Positions 47,981-57,582 of a stretch of 64,000 bases of DNA are shown piece after piece. The stretch's first letter is position 1, and each line of letters starts with the position of its first letter. This stretch comes from Nitrospirales bacterium (GTDB taxonomy: Bacteria; Nitrospirota; Nitrospiria; Nitrospirales; UBA8639): NCBI GenBank assembly GCA_965203295.1, contig CBDBCZ010000019.1, positions 448,001-512,000 of the forward strand, given 5' to 3'. A program made the translations under genes and the position numbers. Under the pieces are notes generated by a model that saw only the letters and a list, made by a program, of their open reading frames with translations, was not told where the DNA came from and did not search any database.

Positions 47981-48634
47981 GTGCAAGCGAGACGACTAGT
48001 TGAAACGTATTCAGAACTCATCTCTTGGTATGATGGGCGATTTCAGAAAAGTGGGACATGGCCTACAAGCTCAGAATACGCTCAAAACTTATTAGATATT
48101 TTGCGTAAGGCTGGTCATGGGGATTTCAGGGATGCGAACTTGCTCGATGTTGCATGTGGGGGAGGGTATTTCATAAAGCATGCTGGAAAAGCATTTCGTT
48201 TCGTTGTGGGGTGTGATATCAGCAGAGCCGCACTTTGCGAGGCGTATCAACACTCTCCCTCTAGTCTCGTTGTTCAAGCTAACGCAGAATCCTTGCCGTT
48301 TGCCGACGCCCATTTTGACTATGTGACGTGTCTTGGATCGCTCGAACACTTTCTAGCGCCAGGTCGGGCGTTACTGGAAATGCAACGAGTCATCAAGCCG
48401 AATGGCAGTTTGCTCATTTTAGTGCCAACTCATCCTGATTGGGCCACTTACGGTGAACAGCCAACTGAGATTGTGATGGAGCCAGATGAATGGGAGACGT
48501 ACTTTCGCTGGTGCGGGTTTGAAACGTTCATGACGGTGGTTGCCAATGATTATGAGTCTCTCCGATCAGCTTCGGCGGGTTCCCATGTGTATTGCCTTCG
48601 GATAGCACAGTCTGATCTGTCGACAGTTATGTAA
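47981..48634 (+). CDS. Class I SAM methyltransferase
   Basis: LLDVACGGG, GCDIS, LPFADAHFD, SLEHF, RVIKPNG. Confidence 0.85.
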   Translation: MQARRLVETYSELISWYDGRFQKSGTWPTSSEYAQNLLDILRKAGHGDFRDANLLDVACGGGYFIKHAGKAFRFVVGCDISRAALCEAYQHSPSSLVVQANAESLPFADAHFDYVTCLGSLEHFLAPGRALLEMQRVIKPNGSLLILVPTHPDWATYGEQPTEIVMEPDEWETYFRWCGFETFMTVVANDYESLRSASAGSHVYCLRIAQSDLSTVM

Positions 48635-48648
48635 TCAAGGAGAACGAC

Positions 48649-49737
48649 ATGCAACCTGACATGAAAGCTTTTTGGAGCTCCAACCTGAAACCAGAAGAAG
48701 AAGAAGTTGAAGAGATTCTCCGGCGCATAGACGAAAACCTAGCCCTTGGTCCTATTATAGCGGGGAATTCTAACCGGATGGAGGCGGCAAATCTTGGAGA
48801 ATCTCCAACGCTACCAGATCTCCCTAACCTGTTAGGGAAGTTGCAAGAGGTCAGACAGGCAGAAGCTCCATTTTTTGTCATCAAAGGGCAATGGTTGCAT
48901 AGGCTCATGCGCCGTGTACTCAACTTGCCCATCCGCGTTTTCGGGCAGAAACAGGCTTTTTTCAGCCGAGAAGTTTTGGACTTGCTCCACCTCATGACGA
49001 GTCAACTCCAAAACCTCCATCAGCATGCTCAATATCAGCTTGCCGAAGTTGGGGGGCAAGCGAGCCAGCTCCAGAACCTGCAGTACGAAGTCCGTAAGCA
49101 GAGGAAATCGATTGACTTGGCTGGCAAATTATTAGTGATGCTGTCGCCCGATTTGCGGGAACGTCTCGCAGCCGATGAGCCATTTAATAAGTATCTTCCG
49201 GATCCACGGTGCATCAACGCCGAGCGCTATGCGAAGCGGCTGGCTGAAATGGGCGAACATCTAAAGGTGAACCTGGGCTGTGGGGAAAACCCTTGGCCTG
49301 ATTATATCAATGTGGATCTCCGAGAAGTTTTCGATGTCGATATTGCGGCTGATGCTCGAAAACTTCCTTTTGAGCAAGGAACATTGGCTGAACTCGCCTC
49401 AGCCCATCTTGTGGAGCACTTCCGCGAATACCAATTCCGTACCCACATCCTGCTCTACTGGAAGAATCTTCTCAAGCCAGATGGTGTTCTACGCATCATC
49501 TGTCCCAACTGGGCAGCGATGTTGGAACGGCTTCACGATGGTCGAATGTCTTTGGCGGACTTCAAGAAAGTGACGTTTGGGGCCCAAAACTATGAAGGCG
49601 ATGATCACTTTATGATGTATACGCCAGAGACGCTTACTGTCTTACTCAACGCGGCTGGCTTTAGCCGCGTTGAAGTTGAATCCAAGGAACGCATGAATGG
49701 TCTCTGCCCCGAAATGGAACTGGTTGCAAGGCTCTGA
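48649..49737 (+). CDS. Coiled-coil plus C-terminal SAM methyltransferase-domain protein
   Basis: Heptad Q/L-rich segment; KVNLGCG..YINVD..HLVEHF..LLKPDG. Confidence 0.78.
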   Translation: MQPDMKAFWSSNLKPEEEEVEEILRRIDENLALGPIIAGNSNRMEAANLGESPTLPDLPNLLGKLQEVRQAEAPFFVIKGQWLHRLMRRVLNLPIRVFGQKQAFFSREVLDLLHLMTSQLQNLHQHAQYQLAEVGGQASQLQNLQYEVRKQRKSIDLAGKLLVMLSPDLRERLAADEPFNKYLPDPRCINAERYAKRLAEMGEHLKVNLGCGENPWPDYINVDLREVFDVDIAADARKLPFEQGTLAELASAHLVEHFREYQFRTHILLYWKNLLKPDGVLRIICPNWAAMLERLHDGRMSLADFKKVTFGAQNYEGDDHFMMYTPETLTVLLNAAGFSRVEVESKERMNGLCPEMELVARL

Positions 49738-52061
49738 TGCGCATCTGCTTGTTAACTCTTACCTATCCGCCTCGTGACACGGAAGGCATTGTTCGTCACC
49801 GTCAGGTGCTGGCCACAGAGTTGGCACGTCAGGGGCATGATGTGCACGTAGTGACCTGTGGCGCGACAGACTGCGTACGGCACGAGGCGGGAATGGTTGT
49901 GCATGAAGTAACAGGCAGAGAGATCAATCATTTTTCCTCTTCGTATCCGAATATGGACGTGATGCTCTCTCAGAGCCAGGTGCTCCACGAAGGACTCTCG
50001 CGAGTTGTCTCAGAAGGTCCGTGCGACATAATGGATATCCCGTTCTGGTCGTTACAGGGGCTCGTTGCCATACTAAAGTGCGATTGTCCAACAGTCATTT
50101 TTCTTCAAACAACTCGGGCTCAGCTACTTGAGATCAATGCGCAGCAACCCCAGCCCGGTAATCAAGCCCTTCTGGATCTTGAGCGTTTGTGTCTGGGTCG
50201 TGCTTCGAGCATTATGGCTGACTCGCATTCAATTCTTGAGACCGTCCGGTGTCATCATGGATTGCCATCAGGTGCGCGGTCTGCGGTCATTCACCTGGGC
50301 GTACCGGCTTTGACTAGTCCCATTCCGGAACATCGGTCTCATGAAACAGTCGAGGGGTTGATCGTTGGTCAGTTGGAACGACGAGAAGACACGCCGATCC
50401 TGTTGGAGATCCTCCTCGAGCTGTTGCGGCGATATCCAAATCTAAGAGTTCGTTTCGTCGGACGGGATAGCAGCGCTAATCACGGAGGGGCTTTGCACTA
50501 TAGAAAAACGTACCCGGAGTTTTTTCATCAACGCGATCCAGGATTCACTGATCGGGTGATTTTTGAAGGATACGTAGACGAAGTGCGCCTCAGCCATTGC
50601 TATCAAGAAGCTGACTTTCTGCTAGCTCCTTCCCTGTATGAGTCAATTGGCTTGGTGTATCTGGAAGCGATGCGAGCAGCCCTGCCAGTCGTGGCGTTTG
50701 CGAGCGAGGGAGCGAATGAGATTTTTGAGAAAGGAGACGCACACGGAGCATATCTTGCTGAGCCAGGCAAAAAAGAGGATCTGATGAAAGTTATCGGCCA
50801 AATGGTGGAGTCTCCTGAGTTACGGCAACGGTTGGGCATGGCCGGATTGTCCCGTTTCAAGGAGGCATTTACTGCCGAGGCGATGGCACGATCCCATGTG
50901 GAGTTCTATAAACATGTGCTGGCACGATCCTCTATTCAGAGACATCCAGCTCGGGTGATCTACCAGGTTATGGAGGTCTTGGAGGTAGGCGATGCTGTCA
51001 GCAATATCGCTCGCCGCAACGCATGCCTGCTAGCCGAATTGCACCAACCGAAAGAAATTCTGGTGCGCTATGCGCACGAAGAGGTCAAGCACGTGACCCA
51101 GCCTTTACGCCAGGTATTGGTCAATCCGGACTGTGGCCTCATTTTCCATTATTGGGCATACAACACCTCTATCTGGGCCTTGTCGGTGAGTAGAGGACCA
51201 AAAGCTCTTTACTACCATAACATTACACCTCCGCACTATTTCCACTACGATTCCGCAACCTACCATGCCACGTCTCAGGGATACGCACAACTCCCTCAGA
51301 TACTCAAGCGGGTTGATTTCTTAATTGGCGATTCTCGGTACAATCTTGAAAGCCTGAGTCCTTATCTTGATAGGCCTAAGCCAGCGATCGTTATTTACCC
51401 GGGGGTGGAAGTTAGCCAAATGCAAGAGGCTTCATATGACCAGGCACTCTTTGCTCATCTTCGCCAGCCAGGGCATGTTAATATTGTCTTCGTTGGACGG
51501 ATTGCTCGGAACAAGCGGCAGGATCAAGTGATGCGTGTATTTGACTACTATTGGCGTGAGGTTAATCGGCATGCCAGTCTTTGGCTAGTAGGTGGTGATG
51601 CGAACGATGCATCCTATTGTGATGAATTGGAAGAATTCCGCCAATCATTGGCAAGTGGGAAGGAGATTATGTTCACTGGCAAGGTCTCCGACAGCCAGGT
51701 CAATACGTACCTTCGCGCGGCAGATGTGTTTTTGTGTGCCTCTGAACACGAAGGATTCTGTGTGCCAATTGTTGAAGCTATGGCCTTGGATGTGCCTGTC
51801 TTGGCTTACGCAGCCGCGGCGGTCCCAGAAACCATGGGGGGGAGTGGCTTATTGATCCATCAGTGGGATGTGCCACGTGTGGCTGAACTGATGCATGTCG
51901 TGCTGAGAGATGACCATGTGCGGCACAAGATTCTGGCTGGTCAACGCGTCAATCTTCAACGCTTCGAATCGTCAGTTGCATGTCTTCGATTGGAGGCTGT
52001 GGTGAATTATTTGCAAACGGGCGTGGGCAGTCCGCTTTTTGAGCGTAATTTCAACGCGTAG
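49737..52061 (+). CDS. Two-domain GT4 glycosyltransferase
   Basis: YESIGLVYLEAM and HEGFCVPIVEAM EX7E motifs. Confidence 0.88.
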   Translation: MRICLLTLTYPPRDTEGIVRHRQVLATELARQGHDVHVVTCGATDCVRHEAGMVVHEVTGREINHFSSSYPNMDVMLSQSQVLHEGLSRVVSEGPCDIMDIPFWSLQGLVAILKCDCPTVIFLQTTRAQLLEINAQQPQPGNQALLDLERLCLGRASSIMADSHSILETVRCHHGLPSGARSAVIHLGVPALTSPIPEHRSHETVEGLIVGQLERREDTPILLEILLELLRRYPNLRVRFVGRDSSANHGGALHYRKTYPEFFHQRDPGFTDRVIFEGYVDEVRLSHCYQEADFLLAPSLYESIGLVYLEAMRAALPVVAFASEGANEIFEKGDAHGAYLAEPGKKEDLMKVIGQMVESPELRQRLGMAGLSRFKEAFTAEAMARSHVEFYKHVLARSSIQRHPARVIYQVMEVLEVGDAVSNIARRNACLLAELHQPKEILVRYAHEEVKHVTQPLRQVLVNPDCGLIFHYWAYNTSIWALSVSRGPKALYYHNITPPHYFHYDSATYHATSQGYAQLPQILKRVDFLIGDSRYNLESLSPYLDRPKPAIVIYPGVEVSQMQEASYDQALFAHLRQPGHVNIVFVGRIARNKRQDQVMRVFDYYWREVNRHASLWLVGGDANDASYCDELEEFRQSLASGKEIMFTGKVSDSQVNTYLRAADVFLCASEHEGFCVPIVEAMALDVPVLAYAAAAVPETMGGSGLLIHQWDVPRVAELMHVVLRDDHVRHKILAGQRVNLQRFESSVACLRLEAVVNYLQTGVGSPLFERNFNA

Positions 52062-52069
52062 AGTCAGCG

Positions 52070-53371
52070 ATGCAGTATTTGCCTCTGTTTGATCGCAAGC
52101 ACACGGCTCTGGTTGGGGGTGCACAGTATTGGTGTGAGTCTTGGATGCCTTTCGGACAGTCAGTGGCTTTGCATTCGCCAGGTGATGCTATGAGCATTAC
52201 GGGCAAGGGGCGTCAAATTGGAATTATTTTTCTTCGACATGACTGGAGCGGCTTCGTTGAGGTGGAGATTGGTGAACGATCGCATTGCATCGATCTTTTC
52301 TCGTCTCAAAGCATGAAATGGATTTTTGAAGCCTTACCCTCAAATGCGACTGAGCCTGTATCTATTACCGTACGGCTCAGTGATAAAAAAATGCCAATTC
52401 GCACGGCACTCAAGCGTGGATACTAGCCGTGTATGTCTCAGAGTACCTGACCAACGAAATTCCAGAACTTATCCAGGCCAGTGTGCAAGATCAACCTCTT
52501 GAAGAGGTAAGGCTCAATCAACTCACGGATGTGTTCAAATGGTATGATCCTGACTGGTTGATGGCCCAGAAATTGGTTGCTCCAGAACCGGAATACTTTC
52601 CACCAGACTTCGTGCATTGAAAGAGTTGGGAGTGGATACAGTGTTTTTATGGGCTTCGCGTCTTAGGCATGGTCCGACCAGAGTACAGGGCTTTAGGGGT
52701 TGGGGTTGGCTGAGAACCATTCTCATTTCATTTCTCGAATTATTTTCATGAAGTTGTGGCAACTGACTCTCTATACTCCAGAAGGGGAGTGGGGCGTCTG
52801 TGAGGTCAAGGAGGACTTCTCAGAGATTATGGATAATCCAGATCGATTCGCCTCAGGTCCGTGGCGTCGAGAATGTTTAAGGTTCCTGTGTATGGATGGT
52901 ACAAACCTGGATTTCCCTGATGCGTCCTTTGACATTGTCTGGTCCTGCTAATCCATCGAGAATTTTGCTGGGCATTCGGGAGCCTTACAAACCATGTTGG
53001 AGATCGAGCGTGTGCTCAAACCAGGAGGAGTCGCGGCGATTACTACAGAATACGTGCTGCCGGACCCCTCGACTGGTTTGAATAATATATTTGACTCAGA
53101 GTATTTCAACCTACGGTGTTTATATGAGTATCTGATCCGTCCTCTTACTCATCTTCGTTTGGTCCAAGGCCTTGACTTGTCCATCCCTGATTACTACATC
53201 CGGCGAGCCTGCCTGTATCCTGAAGATGCAGGTTCACCACATAATGGAAGCAGCAAGGCACATATTGTGTTGCAGTCACCTTTAGGCCCGTTTTTTACAA
53301 GCATCGCGCTTTTACCGAAAGCTAGTGTGCTGACCTTTCTTGGGAAAGTTAGTGCATTCAGGCATTCCTAA
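52070..53371 (+). pseudogene. HDWSG beta-sandwich plus SAM methyltransferase gene, multiply broken
   Basis: Frameshift in A7 (52385-52391), TGA at 52618 within H*KSWEW, further stops; LDFPDASFDIV and RVLKPGG remnants. Confidence 0.72.
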
Positions 53372-53413
53372 TTATGGTGTTTTGGTAAGACCTCAAAATG
53401 GAGTGTCACCTCA

Positions 53414-54684
53414 ATGAAGTCCCTTAATTTCCTGCCAGCGAATCATTCCACGTTGCACTTCCACGGAAACTGGATGCCTTCAACCCTATCCCAAACACAA
53501 TACACATATGGGAACGATCACGACTTTGTCGAAATCTTAGGACAGTTTCGTGATTTGTACGGAATATTCTATCTTCATGAGTGGAGTGGTATTGCGCGTT
53601 TATAGTCATTCCAAATAATTTCCATATGCTCGAATAATGTCATCGAGCGGGGTATCCGGCGGGGCGGGCGTATTGGCGCCGTTTTTTGATCGTCGCAAAA
53701 TCCTGTTCAATAGGATTGAAGTCAGGCGAATACGGAGGCAGAAAGAGGAGCGTGTGGCCAGCCTGGTTGATCAGCTTTTGCGTCTCTTTCGTTTTATGAA
53801 AGGCGGCGTTATCCATAATGAGGGTTGAGTGAGGGGCCAGCTCTTTGAAGAGATGTTGTTCCAACCAAGCATTGAACCATTCGGCATTTGTACTCCCCTC
53901 AAACAGCACGGGGGCCACCAGTCGCTTCCCCCACTTGCCCGCAATCAAGCTAGTCCGTGGTCGAGTATTTCTACTTCGTTGGCCAGCGATCCGTTGCCCT
54001 TTACACGCCCAGCCGTAAGTCCGGTGGGCGGTGCGCTCAAACCCACTTTCATCCAGATAAACCACCTTGGCCGCCCCCCGGGGAGCGAGCAGGTGCCGGA
54101 GCTGCTGGAGATAGGCACCCCGCTTGGTTGGATCCCGTTCAGCGTACCGCAGAGTTTTTTTATGCGTCACCTTCATCTGGCGGAGAGCATACCAGATGGC
54201 ATTGATTCGCCCCCCGAAGTGCTGGGCCCGTTCCTTCAGCGTGGCGTCGGGGTGCTGCGCGACATGCTGCCGCAAGGCGAGGCGGTCAAGCTTCCGCCGC
54301 CTGGGACCATGGCGTTTGGGAGCCAGGCCTGCTCGACCGCACCACTCGTGGACACACCAGACACTGACCCGAAACCGCCGAGCCGCGTCCGCCTTCGTGC
54401 CTCCTTCCTTGACAAACTCAACCACCTGTTTCCGCAAATTGATGTGCTGTAAGCCATAGTGGTGATTAGCATACATAACATGGAACTTATTTGGAATGGC
54501 TATAGATTTGACAATAGTTCTCGGCTGGGATGGCAGTGAGGAACACACGCAGTGTTATAGTGTTGATGAATGGACAATGACGGTCAGGCGAGAAAAGTTT
54601 GAGGTCATTTCGGCGGAAATAGGTAAGCTTTATGATCCATCACGCTATGATGTCACTATCATAGCTCAGAAGCCCGTTATTTGA
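53414..54684 (+). pseudogene. HEWSG-module gene interrupted by IS630
   Basis: ORF 53414-53602 and segment 54505-54684 are in frame once the IS and one TA are removed. Confidence 0.55.
53603..54502 (-). mobile_element. IS630-family element with defective transposase
   Basis: Termini TATAGTCATTCCAAATAATTTCCA / TATAGCCATTCCAAATAAGTTCCA (22/24 including the TA duplication); YLDESG, IMDNAAFH, LPPYSPDFNPIE. Confidence 0.92.
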
Positions 54685-57332
54685 TTTATATGATCAATCA
54701 AAGTCGTAAAAGTCAGAGCCCATCCCCAAAGTGTTCACTCATCATCAATACCTACAATCGTGCTCACTATCTACGACGGTTGCTCTCAGGGCTTCAACGC
54801 CTGGAGGGTGTGGATTTTGAGGTGATTGTGGTCAACGGGCCGTCGACAGACGGGACGGCTTCCATTCTAGCCAGCTATGCAGGGCGCATCAAGGTTGTCG
54901 ATTGCCCTGTCCGAAATCTGTCGCACTCCCGAAATCTCGGGATTGCTGCCGCAGCGGGTGAAATCGTCGTGTTTATCGACGACGATGCCTTGCCCGAAGA
55001 TGAATGGTGGTTGGCCCGGTATGTGCAGGCCTTTAGTCGCGATGAACGTCTTACCTATACGGGGAGTGCCGTCCGCCTTCGGGATACCTCATCTTTTGAA
55101 TTTCAAGCCGGTTCGACGTCTGACTACGGGTTACAAATCTTTGACAGAAATCCAAGTGTCCAGACAACGTCTGCGGTCGTTCGTTGGATCCAAGGGGTGC
55201 GGGGATGTAACTGCGCGTTTCGGCGAAAGGCTTTAGCGGAGATCGGTGGCTTTGATGAGTTTTTTGCGTACTACCTGGATGAGACGGATGTTTGTCTACG
55301 ACTTATTCGAGCGGGATACACAGGAGCTTACTTGCCCGACAATCCAGTGAGGCATTACTCTGCGCCTTCTCACAACCGGAAAGATCGATTCAATCTGAAT
55401 TGGCACACCATCACGCGCAGTGACACGTATTTTGCCTTGAAGAACGGAGGTGATCCACCGCGGATTCGCATTCCTAAAACGTTGAGGCTGGCGCCTCAGA
55501 AACATTTTGTCAAGGAAATCCAGACATTTTTGCAGAGTGGCGAAATCTCATTGGTTGCTTGGATACGGCTGATGGGGCGATGGGGACGCGGTCTCGTGAG
55601 CGGGCTGATGGCGGGCCTATTCAGGGCCCGACGTCTGGCCAACTTTGGAGCTCCACCACCCGCATTCCTGCCGTTTGGGGCACTGCCCTCTAACCGGCCA
55701 CTGCGCATCGCGCTTCTCAGTCAAGCGGTGCCCGGCCAACCCAATTATGGGGGCATTGGTCGGTACGTATATGATCTGGCATTGGGCCTCCATGAGCGTG
55801 GCCACGAGGTCCATTTCTTCTGTAAGGATGATCAGCCAGCCCGGTGGGAGAGTCTGGGGTTTACGATCCATGGTATCTCGGCTGTTGAAAGTGCCATTGA
55901 CCAGAATTTTGGCCCGTTGCCCATTTTGAACAAGAATCTCGGATATGCGCAAGCGGTTGTGCGACGATTGAGGGATCTGTATACAGAGGGGGTCGAGTTT
56001 GATGTGGTCCAAGTCCCCAACTGGGATACTGAAGGAATTGCGCTGATTCGTTCGGAAATATATCCCGTTGTGCTGGTCACGGTCACGCCACTGGCTCAGA
56101 TTATCTCGGCTGAGCAATGGCCAATCACGGATGACCTTTTGGCTTGTGTGGCATTAGATAAGTGGCAAATCGAACATGCTGATACGGTGTGCTCACCCTC
56201 AGCCGGGGTGTGTAAGAGCTATAAGGAATTCATGGGCGTCTCGGCTGACTCGCTGCGCAACTGGCGTGTGGTGCCGCTCGGCATCATTCCTGAGCAGGCA
56301 CAAGCCATGACACAGCATGCTCGTCATCGCCGTCTACTGTTTGTCGGTCGTCTGGAACGACGCAAAGGCACTCACGTATTGTTAAAGATCCTCCCGACAT
56401 TGCTCACCGAATTTCCTGAGTGGGAATGTCATCTCGTGGGCGATGATGTGATTTCCATGCCGGATGGTGGAACTTTCAAGGAAGGTTTTCTCAGGCAACA
56501 TGCTGGGGTTCCATGGCTCAAGCGGGTATTCTTCCATGGGGTCATTGCAGAGGATGAGTTGCGACGCCATTATCAGATGTGTGACGTCTTTGTTGCCCCA
56601 TCGCTTTTTGAGTCTTATGGCCTTATCTACCATGAGGCGATGCAATACGGAAAGGCGGTGGTTGGGTGTTGGACTGGTGGTGTGCCAGAAGTCGTGTGGC
56701 ATAACGTTGAGGGGCTCTTGGTTGAACCAGGTGACGGGGATGAACTTAAGCAAGCTTTGAGTACCCTAATGCGTGATGAGGCTTTGCGCACACGCATGGG
56801 GCGAGCCGGAGCTGAGCGTGTTCGTCAGCGGGTCAACTATCGCACCATGGCAGCAGGTATGGAGTCAGTCTATTATGAGGCTATTGCCGCAGTAGGAGAG
56901 GAACGGCGTACCCGTCGTATCCGCCATTGGCCGCGGAGCCTCCCGTTGTTTACACCATCCGAAGAGGTCACCATTCAAGGTCACTGGATAGCGAGGACGG
57001 CGACAAATGGGCAAACCTATAAGCTTGGGAAGCCCGGTGCCATAATCAGTTTTCAGGCCTCTCCAGGGACTTGGTTGCAAATAACAGCGTTGCGCCACGA
57101 CTGGAGCGGCATCTTGGAGGTCCGAGGCGGCGGCGATTGGGTTCGGCACCTCGATTTGTATCAGCCTCATGGGCAATTTGACTATCAATGCCATATTGAT
57201 GTGCCCGTGAATGGAACCGACGAGTCCGTCACGGTTACGTTTCGAGTGTTGCCAGAGCGTAATCCTGCAAGTTTTGCCTGTGAAGTGTGGTTGAAACAGA
57301 TTGCGGTGTCGAGCGCAGAAGCCATAGCCTGA
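54681..57332 (+). CDS. GT2 + GT4 glycosyltransferase with C-terminal HDWSG beta-sandwich
   Basis: SLIINTYNR, FIDDD, GGFDE (GT2); FESYGLIYHEAM (GT4); LRHDWSG tail; the real start may be a few codons downstream. Confidence 0.88.
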   Translation: MIYMINQSRKSQSPSPKCSLIINTYNRAHYLRRLLSGLQRLEGVDFEVIVVNGPSTDGTASILASYAGRIKVVDCPVRNLSHSRNLGIAAAAGEIVVFIDDDALPEDEWWLARYVQAFSRDERLTYTGSAVRLRDTSSFEFQAGSTSDYGLQIFDRNPSVQTTSAVVRWIQGVRGCNCAFRRKALAEIGGFDEFFAYYLDETDVCLRLIRAGYTGAYLPDNPVRHYSAPSHNRKDRFNLNWHTITRSDTYFALKNGGDPPRIRIPKTLRLAPQKHFVKEIQTFLQSGEISLVAWIRLMGRWGRGLVSGLMAGLFRARRLANFGAPPPAFLPFGALPSNRPLRIALLSQAVPGQPNYGGIGRYVYDLALGLHERGHEVHFFCKDDQPARWESLGFTIHGISAVESAIDQNFGPLPILNKNLGYAQAVVRRLRDLYTEGVEFDVVQVPNWDTEGIALIRSEIYPVVLVTVTPLAQIISAEQWPITDDLLACVALDKWQIEHADTVCSPSAGVCKSYKEFMGVSADSLRNWRVVPLGIIPEQAQAMTQHARHRRLLFVGRLERRKGTHVLLKILPTLLTEFPEWECHLVGDDVISMPDGGTFKEGFLRQHAGVPWLKRVFFHGVIAEDELRRHYQMCDVFVAPSLFESYGLIYHEAMQYGKAVVGCWTGGVPEVVWHNVEGLLVEPGDGDELKQALSTLMRDEALRTRMGRAGAERVRQRVNYRTMAAGMESVYYEAIAAVGEERRTRRIRHWPRSLPLFTPSEEVTIQGHWIARTATNGQTYKLGKPGAIISFQASPGTWLQITALRHDWSGILEVRGGGDWVRHLDLYQPHGQFDYQCHIDVPVNGTDESVTVTFRVLPERNPASFACEVWLKQIAVSSAEAIA

Positions 57333-57582
57333 CCAGCGAAAGCAAGAGGCTTTGTTCGGTACCCATGTTTCTTGGTCACTATGCCAGGCCGTCAGTAATC
57401 ACTGAGTCGATCGGATTAATCCAGCGCCTATGTTCGTTCACCCTTTTTGTAAGACTCACCACACCACTAACTTTTCTGGCAATGGTATAAAAGCAGGAGG
57501 GCATCATCCATAGGCCTGATTAAGTTGGCGGATAGAAGAACCACTGGGGATATGCCATGAAGAAACGGGTTCTAGAGCGGCG

